Source of the DNA: an uncultured Actinomycetota bacterium
GTDB lineage: Bacteria; Actinomycetota; Actinomycetes; JAHEKZ01
Direction: 5' to 3'
NCBI GenBank assembly: GCA_963743915.1
Contig: CAVURN010000003.1
Span: 128,001-192,000, forward strand
Length of the DNA stretch: 64,000 bases
The notes beneath the pieces are model-generated. The model had not been told where the DNA came from. It did not search any database and saw only the letters and a list, made by a program, of their open reading frames with translations. Positions within the stretch are counted from its first letter, which is position 1. Each line of letters starts with the position of its first letter. Shown here piece by piece: positions 44,104 through 51,658 of this stretch. The translations under genes and the position numbers were made by a program.

Positions 44104-44191
44104 GCGCCAAAGGGTAGAGGAGCGGCGCTCGCGCTGCGCCTCGGCGTCAACGAGGTGTGCACTCACCGGGTCTCGGGTGTTGGATCGGGAG

Positions 44192-45113
44192 ATGCTGCTC
44201 GATCCTCGGGAGGTGCCCCTCGGCGGGCCGCGCGCGATGCTCGTGCGTCGCACCCTTCCGCACAAGGCCATCCGGACCATCGGCGCGTTCTGCTTCGTCG
44301 ACCACTACGGCCCGAACCGCGGTGAACCCATGGTCGTCCCGCCACACCCGCACACCGGCCTGCAGACCGTCTCGTGGCTGCTCTCGGGGACCATCGACCA
44401 CCGGGACAGCGTCGGCTCGGTGCAGCGGATCCACCCCGGTGAGCTGAACCTCATGACCGCCGGTAGCGGGCATCGCGCACTCGGAGTACTCCGTGGGCGA
44501 CGACGCCTTGCACGGCGTCCAGCTCTGGGTCGCGCTGCCTGAAGACACCAGGCACCAAGATCCCCACTTCGAGCACCATGCCGAACTGCCCACGACCGCT
44601 CGCGACGATCTCGAGGTGCGCGTGGTCATGGGTGATCTGCTCGGCCTGCGTTCGCCGGCCGCGACCTACTCGCCGCTGGTCTGTGCCGAGCTCCGCCTGC
44701 GGCCCGGAGACCATCGGCTGCCGGTCGAGTCGGAGTTCGAGCACGGGCTGTTGCTGATCGACGGTGATCTGGTGGTGGACGGGACCCCAGTCCCTCGCAC
44801 CGCGCTCCTGCACCGCTCGTCGGGGACCGATGCGCTTGACCTCGCGTCGTCCGGCGGCGCCACGGCTCTGCTGATCGGTGGCGAGCCGCTCGCCGAAGAC
44901 CTGCTCATGTGGTGGAACTTCGTGGGTCGGACGCACGAGGAGATCGTCGCCGCCCGGGACGCCTGGGCCTCCGGTCGCTTCGCCCCTGTGGTGGACGACG
45001 CGAGGGACCCGCTGCCGGCGCCGGACCTTCCCGGCGTCCGGCTGAAGCCACGGCCCAACCGGCCTGTCCGTCCGGAGGGAGTTGCCGACTCTATACCCCC
45101 TGGGGTATTCTGA
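44192..45113 (+). CDS. Pirin-family protein (frameshift near 44470)
   Basis: IGAFCFVDHYGP, PHPHTGLQTV, HRDS, MTAG, QLWVALP, MWWNFV. Confidence 0.9.
45093..45108. promoter_or_regulatory. CsoR/CstR-family operator
   Basis: ATACCCC-CT-GGGGTAT between TTGCCG (-35) and TATTCT (-10), upstream of a Cys-rich peptide. Confidence 0.75.
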
Positions 45114-45145
45114 CGCGACCTTCCGACGACCGAGGAGAGCGAAGC

Positions 45146-45262
45146 ATGTGCAGTCCTGCCCGATGCCGCGGATGCGGAAAGACCACCTGGTCCGGCTGCG
45201 GAAACCACGCCGACCAGGTCCTCAGCTCCGTCGCACCGAGTGACCGCTGCGGCTGCCGCTGA
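45146..45262 (+). CDS. 38-aa Cys/His-rich peptide
   Basis: MCSPARCRGCGKTTWSGCGNHADQVLSSVAPSDRCGCR; GAGGAG RBS. Confidence 0.8.
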   Translation: MCSPARCRGCGKTTWSGCGNHADQVLSSVAPSDRCGCR

Positions 45263-45272
45263 GCCGCCCAAT

Positions 45273-45323
45273 GCCGAGTGCGGGGCTGGATGACGTGGAG
45301 CGTCATCCAGCCCCGCACTCGGC
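45273..45323. repeat. REP-like element, copy C (perfect 23-bp stem)
   Basis: GCCGAGTGCGGGGCTGGATGACG-TGGAG-CGTCATCCAGCCCCGCACTCGGC between convergent genes. Confidence 0.9.
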
Positions 45324-45347
45324 GGGCTTTTCCGGTCTTTGGTGTGG

Positions 45348-45722
45348 CTAGCTGAGGGCCTTCGCCTTGATCGAGTCGAACTCGGCCTGGCTGATGGCGC
45401 CGGAGTCGAGCAGCTCCTTGGCGCGCGCGATCTGGTCAGCAGGTGAGCTGCCGGCCGCCTCGCGGATGTAGGCGTCCTGGGCCTGCTTCATCTCGGTGGC
45501 TGCGGCCGCGTTGCGCTCGGCCATGCCGTGGCCCCGGACGATCAGGTAGATCAGCGCGGTGAGGAACGGGATGAAGATCAGAGCGAAGACCCAGATCGCC
45601 TTGACGAAGCCATTGGTCTCCTTGTCGCGGAACAGGTCGCTCAGGATCGAGAAGAGCACCATCAGCCACGCGAAGAACAGGAACGAGATGGCGATGAACC
45701 AGACGATGTCCCAGAAGCTCAC
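45348..45722 (-). CDS. PLDc_N-like TM hairpin plus SHOCT domain protein
   Basis: DLFRD...KAIW..LIFIPFLTALIYLIVRG.GMAER..SPADQIARAKELLDSGAISQAEF. Confidence 0.88.
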   Translation of the reverse strand: MSFWDIVWFIAISFLFFAWLMVLFSILSDLFRDKETNGFVKAIWVFALIFIPFLTALIYLIVRGHGMAERNAAAATEMKQAQDAYIREAAGSSPADQIARAKELLDSGAISQAEFDSIKAKALS

Positions 45723-45805
45723 AGGACTACCTTTCTGACAGCGACGGACACCCCGACGGCACCCGATCGGGGCTCATGCTCCCACAGGAGCCGCGCCATA
45801 CCCCA

Positions 45806-45822
45806 TCACCCCGGCGGCATGA
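45806..45822. promoter_or_regulatory. 17-bp site 2
   Basis: TCACCC CGGCG GCATGA, 84 bp upstream of GTG 45722. Confidence 0.6.
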
Positions 45823-45832
45823 AGCGCCCCGC

Positions 45833-47993
45833 TCAGCCCCGGGGCAGGTCCTGCCGGTGCCCGGCGGAAGGCAGGTCCTGCCGGTGCCCGAGGCGCTCCA
45901 GCCAGCGGACGAACTGCCGGTGGATGTTCTCCGCCCCCCAGATGCGCCCCGCTGGGTCGGTGAGGTCGGCGTCGACGGTCCACGCGGCCGGGTGCACCAC
46001 CATCGGGAAGGTCTGCCAGCCGCCGAGTCCGCCGTGGCAGCCCACGAGCTCCTCGAAGGCCGCGACCTCGTCGAGGCTCTCGTTGTAGAACGAGTTCAGG
46101 TAGACGTCGGGAGCGTCGGGGAACTCGGCGATCCGCAGCAGGTCCTCGCGGGCGTGGGCCTCGAAGCCGGACAAGCGGGTCGTCACCGGTCACCTCTCCG
46201 GTGCGCAGGTCCATCGAGCCGTGCTTCCCGATCACCACCGGACCACGCTCCGACATCACCGTGGCGAATCCGACTCCGGGGTGGGCGACCAGACCGGCGA
46301 CCAGACCCGGGTACGCCTCCTCGAGCTGGCCGAGGTGCTGCCTTCCCGGCAGGCGGGGAAACCAGACTCCCCCGAGGTTCCCCGACCCCACGACCACCAG
46401 GGCCGGACGTTCGGCGTCCGGGCCGCCTGCCGCCTGCTTCTGCTCGGCGACCGGTCCCAGGGCGCTGTCGGAGTCCCGCCTCTTGGTCACGCGTCGGGCG
46501 ACCTTGGCCGACACCGACTGCTGCTGGGCGAGCTGGCCGACGAGCACGTTGACCGGTCCCCACGCCTCGACGTCAGCCAACGCCTCCACGCCGGCGCCGC
46601 CGTCGTCCATCAGCGACTCCACCAGCTGCTGCAGCGTCATGCCGTACCGCTGCTTGAAGGTGGCGCCCTGGCTCTGCCCGTGGTCGGAGACGAGGACGAT
46701 CTCGTACGGACGCGGAGTGATCCCTGAGCTGGCGACCCGCTCGAGCGTGGACACGACGCGGTCGAGTCCGAAGAGCGCATCGGTGGCCTCGCGCCGCACC
46801 ACGCCGGCGTGGTGGGCGATCTCGTCGTAGTCGACGTAGTCGACGTAGATCGACTTCGCGCCGCGCATCATCGACTCGACCACGAGCGCGGTGTTGAGGT
46901 CACGCAGCAGCACGTTCGTGACGCCACGCAGCAGCACGTAGCTGCCGTGCCGGTCGATGCGGGGCTCGATCCCACGCCGCCGCTGCTGGCGAGCCTGGTA
47001 GAGCTCCTTGAGCATCTCGCCGATCGTCATCACGAACGCGCGCGCGAAGCCGGCCGGGTGCGTGAAGAAGGCCGCATACGACTGCGACGGGCCGAGCCCG
47101 GATCTCGGCTGCTTCATGCCGCTCATCGTCAACAGGGAGACCGGGGCGTCACCGGAGAAGAGGTTGCTGATGCTCACCCCGTCGTCGGCCAGCAGTCCTC
47201 GTCCGTCGCTGACCCGCGACTCGATGAGTGCGGCGTCCGGTGGGTGGTTGGCGACGACGAGCTCGCCCCGCTCCTTCTCGTACCAGCGGAACGCCGGGAT
47301 GTTGTCGTTGTTGCCGTGCAGGATCCCCGCCTGGCTGACCGGTGTCGTGCTCGGCAGCGCGGTGTTCCACGCGTCCATGCGGTGCGTGCCCGTCCGCAGC
47401 CAGCGACTGATCGTGGGCACGTTGCCGGCCAGCACGTGCCAACGCAGCACCGCTTCGGGTACGCCGTCGAGCTGCAGGAACAGCACCCCAGGCTGGTCGG
47501 TCGGCTCCTGCTGCTCGTTGCGCATGCTCATGCGGGCGGCGTGCACGATCAGATAGTTCTGGGTGTTCACCGAGAACAGCCAGCTGATCAGGGCCAGGAT
47601 GATGCCGTAGATCCAGGACGCCAGCAGCGTCTCCCAGAAGCTGCCCACCACCATGCCTGGGGTCAGGTTCAGGATGATGTCGATGACCACCGCGTTCGCG
47701 AAGATGGCGAGCAGGATCGCTCCCACCCAGCCGAGGAAGCTCGCCACCCACGCGAGCACGACCTGCGCGAAGGGGCTCAGCAGCGAGAACAACAGCGCCG
47801 CCAGCGGGATGGACCACCACTCGTCCGGGTAGATCCCCGGTGTGAGGGCGATGGTGAAGGCCAGCACCGCCCACGTCACGACGTAGTTGGCCACCATCTG
47901 CCGAAGCGTGGAGCGGCGGTCGGGGGTCGATCGGCCGGCCAGCGCCGCTGCGAGCTTCTGCTCGCGCCTCCGTCGCTCCCAGAAGCGGCTCAT
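45833..47993 (-). CDS. 4-TM holin-like domain fused to an alkaline-phosphatase-superfamily domain (frameshift near 46180)
   Basis: N-terminal 4 TM; FLQLDG, PSTTPVSQAGILHG, YVDYDEIAHH, VSDHGQSQG, AAFEELVGCHGGLGGWQ. Confidence 0.85.
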
Positions 47994-48067
47994 GAGTACG
48001 GCGATCCCTTCTTTCTACGGGATCCCTGTGACAGGGCACCCGAAGGGTTGAGCGGGGCGCGCCTCAC

Positions 48068-48133
48068 GGGGTCACTCGCATGGGGTCACTCGCATGGGTC
48101 ACTCGCCGGGCTCACTCGCATGGGGTCACTCGC
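48068..48133. repeat. Short tandem repeat (13-14 bp x about 5) containing two copies of the 17-bp site
   Basis: GGGGTCACTCGCAT units; TCACTC GCATG GGGTCA at 48072 and 48112. Confidence 0.85.
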
Positions 48134-48635
48134 CGCCTCGGCGGGAGAGGGCGTCGATGCAGACGGTGATCGCCAGCAGCAACGGGACGTTCTGCTCGCC
48201 CTCGACCTCGACCCCGTAGGTGTCCCTGACCCGGAACCACTTGCGCGAGACCTCGGCCACCTGGTCGCCGTCACGCTCGATCTCGTACTCGTGGTCGAGG
48301 AAGTTGCCCTTGGCCGTGTAGTCCTCGCCGTCCTCGAAGTCGACGACGTACCGGTCACGGATGCCGAGCAGACGCTTGTGCACCTTCGCCTCACGCCCAC
48401 CGATCTCGATCGTCATCGTGTCGCGGATCGCGAGCTTCTTCTCCTTGATGGTGGCGAGCTCCTTGCCGGACGCGTCCTCGAGGACGAACGTCTCTCGGAA
48501 ACGCACGGCCTTTCCGTCGACCTTGTACACCTTCTCGCCGTCGGAGTCCTCGACCCAGAAGTCGTTCCCGATGTCGAAGACCTTCTCGCGCATGCAGAAG
48601 GTGCGCTTGGTGGGCTTGTCGCGCCGTAGTCCCAT
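48126..48635 (-). CDS. LURP-one/scramblase-like (Tubby C-terminal fold) protein
   Basis: MREKVFDIGNDFWVED..YKVDGK..GNFLDHEYEI..VAEVSRKWFRVRDTYGVEV. Confidence 0.85.
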   Translation of the reverse strand: MGLRRDKPTKRTFCMREKVFDIGNDFWVEDSDGEKVYKVDGKAVRFRETFVLEDASGKELATIKEKKLAIRDTMTIEIGGREAKVHKRLLGIRDRYVVDFEDGEDYTAKGNFLDHEYEIERDGDQVAEVSRKWFRVRDTYGVEVEGEQNVPLLLAITVCIDALSRRGGE

Positions 48636-48689
48636 GGCTGTCCCTTCGGTTGCTACCGGGACCGTACCGGGGGTTGGGCGTGGCGCGAA

Positions 48690-48706
48690 TCACCCTGCCG
48701 GGGCGA
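48690..48706. promoter_or_regulatory. 17-bp site 4, central in a divergent promoter
   Basis: (A)TCACCC TGCCG GGGCGA(T); TACGGT 23 nt away on the minus strand and CAGGGT 22 nt away on the plus strand. Confidence 0.65.
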
Positions 48707-48767
48707 TGCCGGTGTGGTCGATCGGAGGCAGGGTATGGAGTAGGGCACTACTACCAAGGAGGACGAC

Positions 48768-48935
48768 ATGGCCGAGGCCACGACCGCAGACCGGCTCGAG
48801 ATCGTCGAGGTGCCCGAGCTTGCCGACCTCGAACAGGCCAAGAGCCGCGGGCTGCTCAAGGGGATCCTGATCGCGGCCGGAGTGGCTATCATCGCGGCGG
48901 CGATCGCCACCGTCTTCAGTCGGCGCTCCGGCTAA
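48768..48935 (+). CDS. 55-aa tail-anchored small membrane protein
   Basis: AAGGAGG RBS; MAEATTADRLEIVEVPELADLEQAKSRGLLKGILIAAGVAIIAAAIATVFSRRSG; below the ORF-track cutoff. Confidence 0.75.
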   Translation: MAEATTADRLEIVEVPELADLEQAKSRGLLKGILIAAGVAIIAAAIATVFSRRSG

Positions 48936-48969
48936 GCCCCTGGCGTCGTGAGACGCGAAGGAGGCGCGG

Positions 48970-50160
48970 GTGCCCGATCCGCTCACCAGCCTCTTCGTCG
49001 TCATGCTGGTGGCAGCAGCGGCACCGATCGTCACGCGACTGCTGCCGGACGCCGTGCCCCAGGTCCTCGTCCTGCTCATCGGCGGAGTCCTGATCGGGCC
49101 AGAGGTGCTCGGGTGGGCCGAACGCCCTGACATCGAGCTCATTGCCCAGGTCGGCCTCGGACTTCTCTTCCTGCTCGCGGGCTACGAGCTTCCGCCGTTG
49201 CTGCTCCGCCAGCGGACCGGACGCCTCGCCCTCTACGCCTGGCTCGTCTCCGTCGTGCTGGCGATGGCCATCGTGGGACTGCTCGAGCTGGCCGGCCTGG
49301 TCAAGACGTTCGTCCCGGTCTCCCTGGCCCTCACCACGACGGCGCTGGGGACGCTGCTGCCGATCCTCCGCGACAACGGGATGCTCACCGGACCGATCGG
49401 CTCCTACATCTTCGCCGCCGGAGCAGTCGGCGAGCTCGGTCCCGTTCTGGCCATCTCGATCTTCCTGGGCGCGAACGGGTCCTGGCAGTCTCTGCTGGCC
49501 ATCCTCGCCATCGCCGGCGTCGCCTACGTCCTCGCCCGACTCCCCCGCCACCTGGCGGGTACGCGACTCGGTGAGATCGTCGCGACCACGCAGGAGGCGA
49601 CGTCACAGTCGGTGCTCCGCGCCACCATCTGCCTGCTCCTCGGCGCCCTGCTGCTCACCCGGGACTTCGGCCTCGACATCGTGCTCGGCGCCTTCCTGGC
49701 CGGAATGATCCTCAAGGGCTCCAGCGACACCCCCGAGGCGCAGCACGAGCGCCTGCTCGACAAGCTGGACGCGGTCGCCTACGGCTTCTTCATCCCGGTC
49801 TTCTTCGTGTTCTCCGGGATGGGGCTCGACCTGGCGTCGCTGGCCGACAACCCGGTGCGCCTGCTCGTGTTCTTCGCCCTGATGCTGCTGGTCCGCGGCG
49901 GCCCTGCCCTGTGGGTCTACCGGAAGGACCTCCGGTTGCCCGAGCGGGTCGAGCTGATGCTGCTGTCGGCCACGGCGCTGCCGCTGATCATCGCCCTGGC
50001 CGAGATCGGGCTCGAGAACGGCACGATGCTCCCGGAGAACGCGGCCGCCCTGGTCGGCGCCGGCGCACTGACGGTCGCGGTGTTCCCGTGGGCCGCCACC
50101 TGGGTCCGCGATCGCCACCGACCCGAGACCGCTCCGGCCACCGCCTCTGACCTGCGATAA
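48970..50160 (+). CDS. CPA2 cation:proton antiporter
   Basis: GVLIGP..LG, GLLFLLAGYE, TTALGTLLPILRD, LGAFLAG, FFIPVFFV.SG, ATALP. Confidence 0.92.
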   Translation: MPDPLTSLFVVMLVAAAAPIVTRLLPDAVPQVLVLLIGGVLIGPEVLGWAERPDIELIAQVGLGLLFLLAGYELPPLLLRQRTGRLALYAWLVSVVLAMAIVGLLELAGLVKTFVPVSLALTTTALGTLLPILRDNGMLTGPIGSYIFAAGAVGELGPVLAISIFLGANGSWQSLLAILAIAGVAYVLARLPRHLAGTRLGEIVATTQEATSQSVLRATICLLLGALLLTRDFGLDIVLGAFLAGMILKGSSDTPEAQHERLLDKLDAVAYGFFIPVFFVFSGMGLDLASLADNPVRLLVFFALMLLVRGGPALWVYRKDLRLPERVELMLLSATALPLIIALAEIGLENGTMLPENAAALVGAGALTVAVFPWAATWVRDRHRPETAPATASDLR

Positions 50161-50168
50161 CTCCTGCT

Positions 50169-50211
50169 GCAAGCGGCATACAAGGGCACGACAAGGGGCC
50201 ACGGCGACGGT
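50169..50211 (+). promoter_or_regulatory. SARP-type heptamer repeats and -10 element
   Basis: GCAAGCG/ACAAGGG/ACAAGGG at 11-bp period; the last repeat is 8 nt before GACGGT. Confidence 0.65.
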
Positions 50212-50251
50212 GGGTGCACCCGAAAGGCACCACACCCAAGGAGCAGTCACC

Positions 50252-51640
50252 GTGACCACCACATCCACCCCCACCATCCTCGACGAGCACACCCTGGTCG
50301 AGGCTCTCCGCCGGGTCTGCGGCGGAGCCGTCCACGAGCCGGGCGACCCCGGCTACGACGACGCCCGGCAGCCCTGGGCGATCGAGGTCGACCAACGTCC
50401 GCGCGTCGTCGTCTACCCCGCAGACGCCGAAGAGGTGGCGGCCGTCGTCCGCCTCGCGGCCGCTGCTCGCGTACCCGTCGTGCCCCAGGGCACCGGACAC
50501 AACCCGGGCCCGATCGGTCCGATGCACGACGCGATCCTGCTGCGCACCGGCGCCATCCGGGATGTCGAGGTCGACGCGGAGAGCCGCATCGCGCGCGTCG
50601 GAGCCGGAGCGCTCTGGATCGACGTCGTCGAGACCGTGGCTCCGTACGGCCTGATGGCCCTGCACGGCTCCTCGCCCGACGTCGGCGTCACCGGCTACTC
50701 GCTCGGCGGCGGCATCGGTTGGTACGCCCGGTTCCACGGGATGCAGACGAACAACCTCACCGCGGTCGAGCTCGTGCTCCCGGACGGCACACCGACGCGT
50801 GCCAGTGCCGACGAGAACCCTGACCTGTTCTGGGCGCTCCGCGGCGGCGGCGGCAACTTCGGTGTCGTGACCGCGCTCGAGATGAAGCTGTTCCCGATCG
50901 AGACGGCCTACGCGGGCTGGCTCATCTGGGACTGGAGCCAGGCCGAGCGGGTGCTCACCGGCTGGGCCGAGTGGTCGCTCACCGCGCCGGACGAGATCTC
51001 GACGTCGTTCCGCATCCTGCAGCTGCCCGACATCGAGGACGTCCCCCCGCCCCTGCGCGGACGCCAGATCGTCGCGATCAACGGGGCCGTGCTCGGCACC
51101 GACGACGAGGCCGCGGCGATCATCGCGCCGCTCCGGGACATGCAGCCCGACATGGACACCTTCGAACGTCAGCCCGCCGCCGCGCTCTCGCGGCTGCACG
51201 CCGACCCCGAAGGCCCCACGCCGGCGGTGTCCGGCGCGTACATGCTCGGCAAGCTGGACGCTGCAGGCATCCGTGCCTTCGTCGAGCAGTTCGGTCACGA
51301 GTCCGGGTCGCACCTGCTGCTCGCCGAGCTGCGTCAGCTGGGTGGAGCACTGGCGCGTCCCCACGAAGGGGCCGGAGCGCTGCCCTCCCTCGACGGTGAG
51401 TACGCGTTCCTGGCGGTCGGCGTGCCGATGGACGAGGACACGGCCAAGCTGCAGCAGGCCGAGATCGAGCGCGCGCTGGACGCGCTGCGTCCCTGGGCGA
51501 ACGGTCGCGAGTACGGGAACTTCGCCGAGAACCCGACCGACCCGGCACGGTTCTACGCTCCGGGCGTCTACGAGCGCCTGCAGCGCATTCGCCGGCAGGT
51601 CGACCCGTTCCACCAGCTGCGGGCCAACCACCGCATCTGA
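50252..51640 (+). CDS. FAD-binding oxidoreductase, VAO/BBE family
   Basis: QGTGHN, VGVTGYSLGGGIG, DLFWALRGGGGNFGVVT, Y.NF, RL..I...VDP. Confidence 0.92.
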   Translation: MTTTSTPTILDEHTLVEALRRVCGGAVHEPGDPGYDDARQPWAIEVDQRPRVVVYPADAEEVAAVVRLAAAARVPVVPQGTGHNPGPIGPMHDAILLRTGAIRDVEVDAESRIARVGAGALWIDVVETVAPYGLMALHGSSPDVGVTGYSLGGGIGWYARFHGMQTNNLTAVELVLPDGTPTRASADENPDLFWALRGGGGNFGVVTALEMKLFPIETAYAGWLIWDWSQAERVLTGWAEWSLTAPDEISTSFRILQLPDIEDVPPPLRGRQIVAINGAVLGTDDEAAAIIAPLRDMQPDMDTFERQPAAALSRLHADPEGPTPAVSGAYMLGKLDAAGIRAFVEQFGHESGSHLLLAELRQLGGALARPHEGAGALPSLDGEYAFLAVGVPMDEDTAKLQQAEIERALDALRPWANGREYGNFAENPTDPARFYAPGVYERLQRIRRQVDPFHQLRANHRI

Positions 51641-51658
51641 CCGGCCCCCTCACGGGGG

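Noticed and set aside
45843-45890. 21-bp direct duplication (HRQDLP x2) at the end of the holin-phosphatase gene
   Set aside because: A local slippage duplication in a variable C-terminus; nothing suggests an att site.
45833-47993. Holin as evidence of a prophage
   Set aside because: It is fused to a phosphatase domain, and no endolysin, structural or integrase genes are nearby.
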